Shown here in pieces: positions 18,636 through 28,150 of a stretch of 64,000 bases of DNA (the stretch's first letter is position 1; each line of letters starts with the position of its first letter). This DNA is from an uncultured Pseudomonadales bacterium. GTDB lineage: Bacteria > Patescibacteriota > Microgenomatia > UBA1400 > Chazhemtobacteraceae. The notes beneath the pieces are model-generated. The model was not told the DNA's origin. It saw nothing but the letters and a program-made list of their open reading frames with translations, and did not search any database. Made by a program: the position numbers and the translations under genes. Location: NCBI GenBank assembly GCA_964422035.1, contig CAYQZQ010000001.1:441013-505012 (forward strand). Reading direction: 5' to 3'.

Positions 18636-18710
18636 TGACCCCACCGGGATTCGAACCCGGGTTACCAGGATGAGAACCTGGCGTCCTAGACCAGACTAGA
18701 CGATGGGGCC
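18636..18710 (-). tRNA. tRNA-Glu(CTC), CCA not encoded
   Basis: GGCCCCA...TGGGGTC-A acceptor stem, CCAGG-TTCTCAT-CCTGG anticodon arm, GTTCGAATC T-loop. Confidence 0.95.
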
Positions 18711-18759
18711 AAGACCACTTAATTATAGCATTTGAGGCTGTTGTGATAGAATCTATATC

Positions 18760-19611
18760 ATGAGTTTGTTGGGATACATCATTTTATTTTCTATACTAGG
18801 CGGCGTTCTTTCACTGGCTGGCGGTATTGCCATGCTGATCTGGCAGGATAAATTGATGAGCCAGGTGTGTGGTTTGACCAGCTTTGCAGCAGGAGTTTTG
18901 ATTGCAGTTTCAGTGTTGGATTTATTGCCAGAAGCATTTGCATTGGGAGACAGTCAGTTGGTGGGCTTTTCTGTATTGGCGGGTATATTGTTTTTGTATG
19001 TTTTGGAGAAAAGCAGTGTCTGGTGGCACCATCACCATGAGACAGATATTCAACCGGAAATCGTGGGAGTGTTTTTGGGAGATAGTCTTCATAATCTGGT
19101 TGACGGCTTGGCAATTGGAGCGGCTTTTTTGATCAGTGTGCCGGCAGGAATTGCAACAGCAGTAGCGGTAGGAATGCATGAATTGCCTCAGGAGATTGCT
19201 GATTTCTCTTTGTATATTAAGGCAGGCTTTAAAAAAACAACCACCCTTTCACTTAACTTAGTTTCTTCTTTGATGACTTTGGCTGGCTCTCTATTAGTAT
19301 ACTTTTTACGAGATAGCATCCAGGGAGCAGAGGTTTACATGCTGGCTTTAACAGCAGGAATGTTTTTATATATTGCTTTGGCTGACTTACTACCAGAACT
19401 ACATGAACACGAACATGAAAAAAGAACCGGCAAGGAGTTGTTGATCTTTGTTCTGGGAATGGCGCTGGTGTTTGTAAGCATGAGAGCTTTAGGAGAACAA
19501 GCACACAGCCATGGTGAAAGTCATGAACACGAACATGAGGAAGAAGTGTATCAACAAGAAGACCACCACGAAGAGGTGCATCAGGAAGACCACCACGAAG
19601 AGATACATTAA
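18760..19611 (+). CDS. ZIP family metal transporter with a His/Glu-rich C-terminal tail
   Basis: DLLPEA, HNLVDG, HELPQE, DLLPEL motifs. Confidence 0.9.
   Translation: MSLLGYIILFSILGGVLSLAGGIAMLIWQDKLMSQVCGLTSFAAGVLIAVSVLDLLPEAFALGDSQLVGFSVLAGILFLYVLEKSSVWWHHHHETDIQPEIVGVFLGDSLHNLVDGLAIGAAFLISVPAGIATAVAVGMHELPQEIADFSLYIKAGFKKTTTLSLNLVSSLMTLAGSLLVYFLRDSIQGAEVYMLALTAGMFLYIALADLLPELHEHEHEKRTGKELLIFVLGMALVFVSMRALGEQAHSHGESHEHEHEEEVYQQEDHHEEVHQEDHHEEIH
19558..19602 (+). repeat. In-frame tandem repeat (27-bp period) encoding EDHHEE
   Basis: GAAGACCACCACGAAGAG at 19558-19575 and 19585-19602. Confidence 0.85.
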
Positions 19612-19630
19612 GAACTGGAAAGATAAAGGA

Positions 19631-20218
19631 TTAATCGTAGTAAGAGAGAGCCTGATGATAGCCGACTTGAGCAACTTGATTGAAGTCGATACTTTCCTGT
19701 AGTTGTGGATTAGTTTCGATTAAGACAGCAAATAAAAATGCCTGAATGTCTTTCATCTGGAAGGTGTTGGGTCTAACTTGATGATTCTTTTCAATAGGAG
19801 TTGTGTAGTCAAAATCACCGTTGTGGAGCCCGTTGTGATGAGGACAGCACAAAGTAATTGAGTTTTTGGGGCTTTTGATGAAAGAACGAAGATCTTTTTT
19901 TACTTTTTTGGAGAGTCTTTTATCTATTTGTTGGATTTGTTTATATGTCTCCTGCCAGGTTAATTTTAAAATGTCAACGTAAAGACTGGAGCCGGGCTGG
20001 TAGTGATCTTTGCCGTTGGCTATGCTTTCAGGAATGATGTGGTGGGCAACCATATTGGTGTCTTGACAACCTTCAAGCTGGCAAGTTTTATCTCTAATAA
20101 TCGTTTTGTTGCGAACAGATGAGGAGAAAGAAGACTGGGAAAGCTCATAAGCGGCGAAAGTGGCAAGAGCAGGAAGAGCCCATCGAGAAATTTTCTTGGG
20201 CAGTTCTGATCGGCTCAT
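19631..20218 (-). CDS. HNH endonuclease-like protein with a large insertion
   Basis: RDKTCQLEGC...AHHIIP...NSITLCCPHHNGLH. Confidence 0.6.
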   Translation of the reverse strand: MSRSELPKKISRWALPALATFAAYELSQSSFSSSVRNKTIIRDKTCQLEGCQDTNMVAHHIIPESIANGKDHYQPGSSLYVDILKLTWQETYKQIQQIDKRLSKKVKKDLRSFIKSPKNSITLCCPHHNGLHNGDFDYTTPIEKNHQVRPNTFQMKDIQAFLFAVLIETNPQLQESIDFNQVAQVGYHQALSYYD

Positions 20219-20320
20219 AAATATAGTTTTTACAGTTTTTAAAACTAAAAATCAATCCTATAAATTAAGATTAGGAATGGTTATAATAATAGATTGTTAA
20301 TTGATTGATATACTAACTTT

Positions 20321-21577
20321 ATGAGCAAATATAGAAAAATCGGCCAAAAGATGAGTCAGATGAGAGCACTGCCCCAAAAACAGGCTCCCTCTGATGCAGA
20401 CACTATCAATCACAAGCTTTTAGTACAAGCGGGGTTTGTAAGACAGTTGATGGCAGGGGTATATAGCTACTTACCACTGGGACTGCGGGTTTTGAATAAG
20501 ATTGATGACGTTGTTCGCGAAGAGATGGATAAGATAGGCGGCCAAGAGCTTTTGATGCCTATTTTGCATCCGGCTCGTATTTGGAAACAGACCGGTGGTT
20601 GGGACAGTATTGATGTTTTATTTAAGGTGAAATCACGTACTGATAAAGAGTACGCTTTAGGTCAGAGCCAAGAAGAGGTGGTGACTCCCCTTTTGGGTGA
20701 GTTTATTCAAAGTTATCGAGACTTGCCGGTAGCGGTTTATCACATTCAATGGAAATTTAGAGATGAGCTTAGAGCCAAGTCAGGGATACTGCGCGGTCGG
20801 GAGTTTGAGATGAAAGACATGTATAGCTTCCATGAAACTCAAGAAGACTTTGAGGAGTTCTATGAGATTGTAAAAAAGGCATACTTGAAAGTTTTTAAGA
20901 AGTTTGGACTAGTGGCAAAAGCAACCGAAGCAGCTGGTGGCAACTTTACTGACAAGATTAGTTATGAGTTTATGGTGCTTACAGACGCAGGAGAAGATGA
21001 CATTTTGTACTGCCCTGTCTGTGAGTTTTGCGTAAACCAGGAGATTGCAGATGTTAAAGAAGGCGCTTCTTGCCCTAACTGTGAAGAAGGGTATTTAGAT
21101 CAAGCAGTAGCTAGTGAGGTAGGGAATGTATTTGATATCGGCAGTAAATACAGCAAAGACTTTAATATCACCTTTACTGATAAAAACGGTGAGAAAAAAC
21201 ACCCGGTGATGGGATGCTATGGCATTGGAACCAGTAGAACAATGGGAGTGGTGGTAGAGAAGTTTAATGACAAGAAAGGTATTGTCTGGCCTGAATTGAT
21301 AGCTCCTTTTAAGGTTCATTTGATTGACATCGACCAAAACAAGGAAGCAGAAAATCTTTATGACCTTTTAGTTGAAGAAGAAATTGAGGTCTTGTGGGAT
21401 GACAGAGATGAAAGTGTGGGTGCCAAGTTTGCTGATGCGGAGCTGATTGGAAACCCATGGCGAGTGGTGATTAGTGAGAAAAGCTTAAAAAAGGGAGGAG
21501 TGGAGTTGAAACGACGCGGAGAGGAAGAGGTTAAGATAATTAACGAAGGCGAGTTAATAGAGAGAATGCATGATTAA
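20321..21577 (+). CDS. proS: Proline--tRNA ligase (short form, no editing domain)
   Basis: KFRDELR, REFEMKDMYSF, MGCYGIG, anticodon-binding domain. Confidence 0.95.
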   Translation: MSKYRKIGQKMSQMRALPQKQAPSDADTINHKLLVQAGFVRQLMAGVYSYLPLGLRVLNKIDDVVREEMDKIGGQELLMPILHPARIWKQTGGWDSIDVLFKVKSRTDKEYALGQSQEEVVTPLLGEFIQSYRDLPVAVYHIQWKFRDELRAKSGILRGREFEMKDMYSFHETQEDFEEFYEIVKKAYLKVFKKFGLVAKATEAAGGNFTDKISYEFMVLTDAGEDDILYCPVCEFCVNQEIADVKEGASCPNCEEGYLDQAVASEVGNVFDIGSKYSKDFNITFTDKNGEKKHPVMGCYGIGTSRTMGVVVEKFNDKKGIVWPELIAPFKVHLIDIDQNKEAENLYDLLVEEEIEVLWDDRDESVGAKFADAELIGNPWRVVISEKSLKKGGVELKRRGEEEVKIINEGELIERMHD

Positions 21578-22316
21578 CCTGTGGGGAGTTAAATTTAAAC
21601 TGTACGGAGTTTTGATTGGTGTAGGGATATGGCTGGCGTGGGAGATGAGTTTGTGGGCAGGTAAGAAGCTTAATATAAGTGAAAAAATAATGGATGAGGC
21701 TTTGTGGTGGGTTTTGATACCGGGCATCATTGGCGCCAGAGCGTATCACGTTTCTTATTTGTGGAGTTTTTATAGTCAGGAGCCAATGAGAATTTTTAAG
21801 ATCTGGCAGGGGGGAGTAGGAATATGGGGAGCAGTGGCAGGAGGATTGGTTGGACTGATTTTATACTGGAAGTTAAAAGTTAAGGGAGAGGTTAAAATTT
21901 TGAATCTTTTAGATGCTAGTGTGGTGGGAGTGCCGTTGGCCCAATCAATTGGGCGGTGGGGAAACCTGGCTAACAATGAACTGTGGGGAAGAGTGACTGA
22001 TTTGCCTTGGGGTGTAGTAAGAGAAGGAGTAAAAGTCCACCCTCTGTTTTTATATGAATCAATACTTAGCTTAGCTCTATTTGGCGGCCTGGTTTATTTG
22101 ATTAAAAATAAAACCGGACAACTTAAAAAAGGAAGCTTGACAGGAGTTTATCTGCTTGGATATGGGGTGATCAGGTTTCTGTTGGAGCCATTACGACCAG
22201 ATCATTTGATTTGGAGAATAGGTAGTTTACCACTAGCTCAAGTTTGGGCGATGGGAGCTGTTGTTTTGGGAAGTTTGTTACTTGTCTTTAATGGCAAGAT
22301 CGATGACCTGGTCTAG
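21570..22316 (+). CDS. lgt: Prolipoprotein diacylglyceryl transferase
   Basis: GIIGARAYHV, IWQGG, GRWGN..NNELWG, HPLFLYE, RFLLE. Confidence 0.95.
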   Translation: MINLWGVKFKLYGVLIGVGIWLAWEMSLWAGKKLNISEKIMDEALWWVLIPGIIGARAYHVSYLWSFYSQEPMRIFKIWQGGVGIWGAVAGGLVGLILYWKLKVKGEVKILNLLDASVVGVPLAQSIGRWGNLANNELWGRVTDLPWGVVREGVKVHPLFLYESILSLALFGGLVYLIKNKTGQLKKGSLTGVYLLGYGVIRFLLEPLRPDHLIWRIGSLPLAQVWAMGAVVLGSLLLVFNGKIDDLV

Positions 22317-24695
22317 ATTTTCCGCAAAGTGGAACTTAAGGTCTTTTTTGACTCTGTCTGGAACTTCTTCCAGATCTTTTTTGTTTTCGGCAGGCATAAT
22401 AATGTGCTTTAGTCCAGCGCGATGACCAGCGATGACTTTTTCTTTGACACCACCGATTTGCATGACACGACCTCTTAGAGAAATCTCTCCGGTCATACCA
22501 ATAAGACGATCGGCTTTTTTATCAGTTAACGATGATACCAAAGCGGCTGTGATGGCAACACCAGCTGAAGGACCGTCTTTGGGAGTGGCTCCTTCGGGAA
22601 CGTGAACGTGAATATCAAGTTCTTTGAATCTGTCTGGGTTAATATCAAAATCTTTGGCGTTGGAGCGTACGTATGAGACAGCTGCTTGAGCCGATTCTTT
22701 CATGACATCTCCTAGCTGGCCGGTTAGTTTTAGTTTTCCTTTTCCTTCCATGAGAGCTACTTCGACGAAGATGATTTCTCCTCCAGTTTGGGTGTAAGCA
22801 AGACCGGTTACGGTACCGACTCTATCCTCTTCTTCAGCTAGAGTGTGGGTATGCTTGCGAGGACCTAGATAGTCGGAAAGATTGCGAGCGGTGGCTTTGA
22901 CTGGTTTATCAACATTATCGTTTTGAGCTATTTTTTTGGCTACTTTTCTAAAGACTTTGGCGATTTGTCTTTCTAAATTTCTAACACCGGCTTCGCGGGT
23001 GTAGTTTTTGATGATGCGCTTTAGGGCAGCATCGGTGATGGCGACGTCTTTTTTGGTTAGAGCATTGGCCTTAACCTGTTTGTCAATTAAATGATTTTTG
23101 GCTATTTTGGCTTTTTCGTGATGAGTGTAACCTGAAAAACGGATGATTTCCAACCTGTCTTTTAGAGCAGGAGGAATAGTGTCTAAGACGTTGGCGGTGG
23201 TAATAAAAACGATGTTTGACAGATCAACGGGGGTGTCCATATAGTGATCCATGAAAGCAGAGTTTTGCTCAGGATCTAGAACTTCAAGTAAGGCGGATGA
23301 GGGGTCTCCTCTGTAGTCAGCACCGACTTTGTCTATCTCGTCAAGCATAATGATGGGATTGTTGGTACCAGTGTCGATAACCGACTGAACAATTCGGCCC
23401 GGCATAGCACCAACGTAAGTGCGGCGGTGGCCGCGAATGGAAGCTTCATCTCTGATGCCTCCCAAACTCATCTTGGCGAACTTACGACCGGTAGCTCTAG
23501 CGATGGAGCGACCAACAGAGGTTTTACCCACACCGGGAGGACCAACAAAACAAAGAATAGTGGGAACTGCATCGGAGCTGGTTTTTTTAGATTCTTTATT
23601 GCTTTTCTTTTTGTCCTTATCTTTGTCTTCATCTTGATTGGAGCGGTCTTTTTTTAGTTTTAGAACGGCCATGTATTCTAAGATTCTTTCTTTGACTTCT
23701 TTAAGTCCGTAGTGGTCTTGATCTAGAACTTTGGCGGCGTTATCTATTGAAACTATTGTGTCTGAAGACTCTGACCAGGGGAACTCCAACATTGTTTCTA
23801 TCCAGCTTCTGATGTAGCCATATTCAGGGTGATGTGGATTTAGTTTTGAAAGGCGGTCAAGTTCTTTAAGAGCTTTTTCCTCTGCCTTTCCGGGCATGTT
23901 TACCTCTTCAATTTTTTCTTTGAATTTTTCGATTTGATCATCTTCTGAGCCACGCTCGCCCAGTTCCTGCTGGATCATTTTCATCCGTTCACGCAGAACT
24001 CTTTCTTTCATGGTGTCGTCAAATTTCTTTTGGGTCTTGGAAGCGATTTTTTGTTCTAGTTTTAAAACTTCAATTTCTTCACTGAGGTGTTTTAAGACTA
24101 TTTGAAGCCTGTCTTTTAAGCTGGTTTCTTCCAGGATCTGCTGTTTTTCTTTGTTGTCTATATCTAAAATTGAGGCAACCTGATCAACTGTGGCGGGGTC
24201 TGAGGAGGTGTTAATGATGCGCATGAAGGTAGGGATCTCTAGATTGGTTTTACCTAAATTAACAGCTTTTTTAACCTGATTAATAAGATGTTTGATCATG
24301 GCTTTGAATTCATCGTCCTGTTTGCCTTTTTGCTCCAGTTCGTTGATGGTGGCAGTTAGGGTTTCTTCTTCTTTATTGACATCAAGGATCTTTACTCTAG
24401 TGATGCCGCGGACAATGGCATGGAGTTCACCGTTGACAGGGATAGTTTTTTGAATACGACAAAAAGTACCTACTCGATAAAGATCTTTGTCTTTTGGATC
24501 ATCTATGTCAGGTGACTTTTGAGATATAACCACCAGGAAACCCTCATCTTTGGCGGCCTTTTTAACTGATTGAATTGAGAAGTCGCGACCGAAAGAAAGA
24601 ATAGCTTCTGTGTGGGGGAAAACCACGCCTTCACGCAAGGTGACGGCGGGAACTGTTTGTGGTGATTTACCTTTTGGATTTAATAGTTTTGCCAT
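22278..24695 (-). CDS. lon: ATP-dependent protease La
   Basis: GPPGVGKT, HRRTYVGAMPG, PKDGPSAG. Confidence 0.97.
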   Translation of the reverse strand: MAKLLNPKGKSPQTVPAVTLREGVVFPHTEAILSFGRDFSIQSVKKAAKDEGFLVVISQKSPDIDDPKDKDLYRVGTFCRIQKTIPVNGELHAIVRGITRVKILDVNKEEETLTATINELEQKGKQDDEFKAMIKHLINQVKKAVNLGKTNLEIPTFMRIINTSSDPATVDQVASILDIDNKEKQQILEETSLKDRLQIVLKHLSEEIEVLKLEQKIASKTQKKFDDTMKERVLRERMKMIQQELGERGSEDDQIEKFKEKIEEVNMPGKAEEKALKELDRLSKLNPHHPEYGYIRSWIETMLEFPWSESSDTIVSIDNAAKVLDQDHYGLKEVKERILEYMAVLKLKKDRSNQDEDKDKDKKKSNKESKKTSSDAVPTILCFVGPPGVGKTSVGRSIARATGRKFAKMSLGGIRDEASIRGHRRTYVGAMPGRIVQSVIDTGTNNPIIMLDEIDKVGADYRGDPSSALLEVLDPEQNSAFMDHYMDTPVDLSNIVFITTANVLDTIPPALKDRLEIIRFSGYTHHEKAKIAKNHLIDKQVKANALTKKDVAITDAALKRIIKNYTREAGVRNLERQIAKVFRKVAKKIAQNDNVDKPVKATARNLSDYLGPRKHTHTLAEEEDRVGTVTGLAYTQTGGEIIFVEVALMEGKGKLKLTGQLGDVMKESAQAAVSYVRSNAKDFDINPDRFKELDIHVHVPEGATPKDGPSAGVAITAALVSSLTDKKADRLIGMTGEISLRGRVMQIGGVKEKVIAGHRAGLKHIIMPAENKKDLEEVPDRVKKDLKFHFAENLDQVIDLAIKDK

Positions 24696-24722
24696 AGAAC
24701 AGTTACTAATTATAACGGCTTT

Positions 24723-24749
24723 TTAGCAGAATGCAACTGACAGTGCTAA
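24723..24749 (-). promoter_or_regulatory. CIRCE-like (HrcA) operator upstream of lon
   Basis: Minus strand reads TTAGCACTG-N9-TTCTGCTAA versus consensus TTAGCACTC-N9-GAGTGCTAA; -10 TATAAT at 24709-24714. Confidence 0.7.
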
Positions 24750-24839
24750 ATATTACGGAGGATATAAAAACCTAACAAAACCACAGCAGCAACGGTGAGT
24801 GAGAGTAAAAGAAAGAAGAGACTGGGAGAAAAGCGTTTT

Positions 24840-25286
24840 TTATTCATTTATGTTTAGTGATTTTTGGGCTGTCCAATAATGGGCGTTGCCAAGTTTGGCG
24901 TATGCTCTGTAGTAGATGATATCAGTTTGACTGGAGAGATCGATATTGACTGAAAAACTGTCAGGTAGAAAGTACTGACCTGATTGGTAGTCTGGGGTGA
25001 AGTTGTTGTAGCCGATGGCTTGTGGTGAAGCACTGGTAGGTAAAGCGGAAGGGGTGGAAACCAAGCTCCAGTAAATACCAGTTTTGGAGGTGGTGCGGGG
25101 AACAGATGTGTTAAGCTGCCAGCTAACAGAGAGGGTGTCATCTGAGTAGCTTTGATCAGTTATCTGGATTGAGAGAGGATCTTGATCGGACTGGCCCAGT
25201 AAGGTGCGGCGCAGATCAAAAAAATGATAAAGACTAAGGACAAGAAAGAAAGCTGTGAAAGTGAAGATTGTGTATTTGTTTTTCAT
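24840..25286 (-). CDS. Hypothetical exported protein
   Basis: N-terminal TM segment; start abuts the dtd stop. Confidence 0.6.
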   Translation of the reverse strand: MKNKYTIFTFTAFFLVLSLYHFFDLRRTLLGQSDQDPLSIQITDQSYSDDTLSVSWQLNTSVPRTTSKTGIYWSLVSTPSALPTSASPQAIGYNNFTPDYQSGQYFLPDSFSVNIDLSSQTDIIYYRAYAKLGNAHYWTAQKSLNINE

Positions 25287-25727
25287 TTATAGATCTTTAC
25301 TGTCTAGAATAACGGTGACGGGACCATCATTGACTAGCTCAACGTCCATGTAGGCACCAAAAACACCGGTTTTGGTGGGAACATTCTTTTTACAGACCTC
25401 AACGAAGTGGTCGTAAAGTATTTGGGCCTTGTCAGACGAAGCGGCGGGCAAAAAGCTGGGCCTGTTGCCTTGACTGGTATCAGCATAGAGAGTGAACTGG
25501 GAGACAACAAGAAGCTCGCCTTCAACGTCTGAAAGAGAAAGATTCATCTTTTTTTGGGAGTCTGACATTAGACGAAGTTTGATGATCTTTTCAGCTAGTT
25601 TTTGGGCTGATTTTTCTGAATCATCCTTGCCTACTCCAAGTAAGATAAGATAACCAGGACCGATTTGAGATGATTGATCTGGACTGGTAACACTGGCTTT
25701 TTGAACTCTTTGGACAACGGCAATCAT
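25287..25727 (-). CDS. dtd: D-aminoacyl-tRNA deacylase
   Basis: VVQRV, SQFTL, GNRPSF, NDGPVT. Confidence 0.97.
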   Translation of the reverse strand: MIAVVQRVQKASVTSPDQSSQIGPGYLILLGVGKDDSEKSAQKLAEKIIKLRLMSDSQKKMNLSLSDVEGELLVVSQFTLYADTSQGNRPSFLPAASSDKAQILYDHFVEVCKKNVPTKTGVFGAYMDVELVNDGPVTVILDSKDL

Positions 25728-25744
25728 ACAAGTAGTATAAAGGA

Positions 25745-25945
25745 TTAATCGATGAAATAGTCAGGGATGGTAAGAACTAGAAAGATGGTGTAGAAACCTA
25801 AAACAAGCCAGACTTCATAGGCCCAGAGACGGCGGGCCAGAATATCCTGACGGGAAGTTTGTAGAAAGCGCAAAGCAGCATAAGAAATACCAGAGATATA
25901 GATGCTGTGAAACAAGGTTAAAACAATTCTTTTTTTTCTTTCCAT
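25745..25945 (-). CDS. Small hypothetical membrane protein
   Basis: Two hydrophobic segments; in operon spacing. Confidence 0.5.
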   Translation of the reverse strand: MERKKRIVLTLFHSIYISGISYAALRFLQTSRQDILARRLWAYEVWLVLGFYTIFLVLTIPDYFID

Positions 25946-25954
25946 AAAGATATT

Positions 25955-26509
25955 TTAAAGATTTGAAGGGATAAATCCAATAAGGTTTTCAACGAAGTAA
26001 CCTAAAAAGTAAGCGGTGGTAGCAGCCAGAGAGCCGATGAGCAACATTTGAAAGCCATTAAACCACCAGTGGCCTTTTATAAAAGTAGTGCGTAAACTAC
26101 CAATTATAAACATAGTGGTGGCAGTAGCAATAACTGAGATGAGAAAAGGACTGGTAATGGTTATTCCAACAAAGGAAGCTGTAAAAGGAAGCAGCGGCAG
26201 AGAGCCAGCTAAAACGAAACTTGTAAAAGTAACTAGTCCTGTCTGCCAGACAGGACTTAAGCCAGCTGTTGAGCGTTTGTTGGTTTGTTTAAGCTGCCTT
26301 TGGGACTGTTCGCCTAAGAAATCACTAGCCCCCATGGAAAGGCCATCAGCTACAAGATTGGAAATGCCCAGTATTAAAACAACTGCAGCTGGCAGTTTGG
26401 CTCCGGTGGAGCCAGCAACAACTGCAAAAGTGGTGATGATACCATCACTGGCACCGTATACGGCTGCACGCAAGTTTCTACTGAGGTTTTTAAAATCGTT
26501 TTGATTCAT
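25955..26509 (-). CDS. VIT1/CCC1 family transporter
   Basis: VYGASDGIITTFAVVAG, NLVADGLSMGAS. Confidence 0.9.
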   Translation of the reverse strand: MNQNDFKNLSRNLRAAVYGASDGIITTFAVVAGSTGAKLPAAVVLILGISNLVADGLSMGASDFLGEQSQRQLKQTNKRSTAGLSPVWQTGLVTFTSFVLAGSLPLLPFTASFVGITITSPFLISVIATATTMFIIGSLRTTFIKGHWWFNGFQMLLIGSLAATTAYFLGYFVENLIGFIPSNL

Positions 26510-26910
26510 CTTTGGATATCAAAAGATATATAAAGATACCAAGCGCCTAAAAGCAACATATAGATGTTGGCTATCCACAAAAGCAGTAGGGCATTGGAAT
26601 AGAAAACTTGAGGAATAAGAGCTAGGGAGTAGGTTAAGGCCAGAACCGGCAACCAGGCCAGAATCGCAGCAGTTTGCAGCTGACAGGAGTTGATTTTATT
26701 TGGCTTGACAATAAAAAACGTTTGCCAGAAGGCAAAAATAATGAAGCCTATCCCCAAAAGCAACCAGAAAGAATAAGGAAGTTGAAAATAAGGAGTGAAG
26801 AAGGAAAAAAATAAATTAGGCCTGGCAAGAAAAAAAACGCCTAAAAACCAGTTTAAGAAAGAATCATAACGAATTATTTTATGGGTTAGATCTTTTTTAT
26901 TTGTTTTGGT
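26506..26910 (-). CDS. Hypothetical four-TM membrane protein
   Basis: Likely start at MTKTNKK overlapping the rarA end; hydrophobic segments. Confidence 0.55.
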   Translation of the reverse strand, partial: TKTNKKDLTHKIIRYDSFLNWFLGVFFLARPNLFFSFFTPYFQLPYSFWLLLGIGFIIFAFWQTFFIVKPNKINSCQLQTAAILAWLPVLALTYSLALIPQVFYSNALLLLWIANIYMLLLGAWYLYISFDIQR

Positions 26911-28069
26911 CATTGTCTTTATAATACTGGCTGCCTTTAATTTTGTCAGGTAAGAGATCGGATTTGTCGTATTTTTTGTATCCTTTTCCATAGCCCTGAT
27001 TTTTCATAAATTCGGTGGGGGCGTTGCGAAGTTTTTTAGGAATAGGCAGATTGCCATGTTTTTTGACGTCTTTTTGGGCGGCACGCAGACCATCGTAAGA
27101 GGCGCGGTTTTTGGGTGCTTGAGAAAGATAAACTACTCCATGCGCTAAGTTAATGGCACACTCGGGGTAACCGATGGTTTCTACTGCGCGGAAAACCTCG
27201 TTGGCAACAACCAAAGCGGTAGGCTGGGCCTGACCGATGTCTTCAGAAGCGAAGATAACCATGCGACGGGCAATGAATTTGGGATCTTCACCGGCCTCAA
27301 TCATGCGAGCTAGATAATACAAAGCTGCATCAGGATTGGAAGCTCTCATGGATTTGATGAAGGCTGAGATGGTGTTGTAGTGCTCTTCGCCTTTTTTATC
27401 AAAACGAAGGTGTTGATTTTGAAAAGCTTCTTTTAAGGTTTTTAGAGTGATTTTTTTGTAGAGTTGATAAGTGTTGTCCAGAACAGTTAGGGCTTGGCGA
27501 GCATCACCGTTGGCCATTGAGATTAACCAGTCTTTGGCGTTTTGGTCTGCTTTTTGATCAAGAAAATCTAGGCCTTGATCAATGATGGATTTCATCTCCG
27601 ATTCTGACAAGGGATTTAAAGTAAAGACACGACAACGGGAAAGCAGTGGAGAGATGACTTCAAAACTGGGATTTTCTGTTGTGGCCCCTATTAAAGTTAG
27701 GGTGCCATCTTCTACATAAGGAAGTAAAAAGTCTTGCTGAGCTTTATTAAAACGATGTATTTCATCTAGAAACACAACGGTTGGCTTGTCGCTAAAGTTG
27801 GCGGTTTTGACTACTTGGCGAATATCATCTTTACCGGCGGATACAGCAGAAAGGGAGATAAAGTTGGCATTTAGGGCGTTGGCGTATATACGAGCCAGAG
27901 TGGTTTTGCCGGTGCCGGGAGGTCCCCAGAAAAGAATGGAGAAAAGATGTTCATTTTCGATGGCAACTTTTAAAGGCTTGTCTTCACCTACCAGATGCTT
28001 TTGACCAACAAATTGATCTAGTGAATCGGGTCTTAGTTTATCAGCTAGTGGTTGGTTGTTTGTTGCCAT
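26897..28069 (-). CDS. rarA: Replication-associated recombination protein A
   Basis: PLADKLRP, GPPGTGKT, DEIHRFNKAQQD, ISAFIKSMR, ASEDIG. Confidence 0.95.
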   Translation of the reverse strand: MATNNQPLADKLRPDSLDQFVGQKHLVGEDKPLKVAIENEHLFSILFWGPPGTGKTTLARIYANALNANFISLSAVSAGKDDIRQVVKTANFSDKPTVVFLDEIHRFNKAQQDFLLPYVEDGTLTLIGATTENPSFEVISPLLSRCRVFTLNPLSESEMKSIIDQGLDFLDQKADQNAKDWLISMANGDARQALTVLDNTYQLYKKITLKTLKEAFQNQHLRFDKKGEEHYNTISAFIKSMRASNPDAALYYLARMIEAGEDPKFIARRMVIFASEDIGQAQPTALVVANEVFRAVETIGYPECAINLAHGVVYLSQAPKNRASYDGLRAAQKDVKKHGNLPIPKKLRNAPTEFMKNQGYGKGYKKYDKSDLLPDKIKGSQYYKDNDQNK

Positions 28070-28150
28070 TTCGGTATTTATTAGGGTATATTTTGAGGAT
28101 AAAACTTAGAGAGGACAAAGTCAAGTATAAAGATGATAAAGTAAGCTTGC

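Noticed and set aside
22278-22316. Convergent lgt/lon 3' overlap as antisense regulation
   Set aside because: Short tail-to-tail overlaps are common in compact genomes (also at 29191 and 57427).
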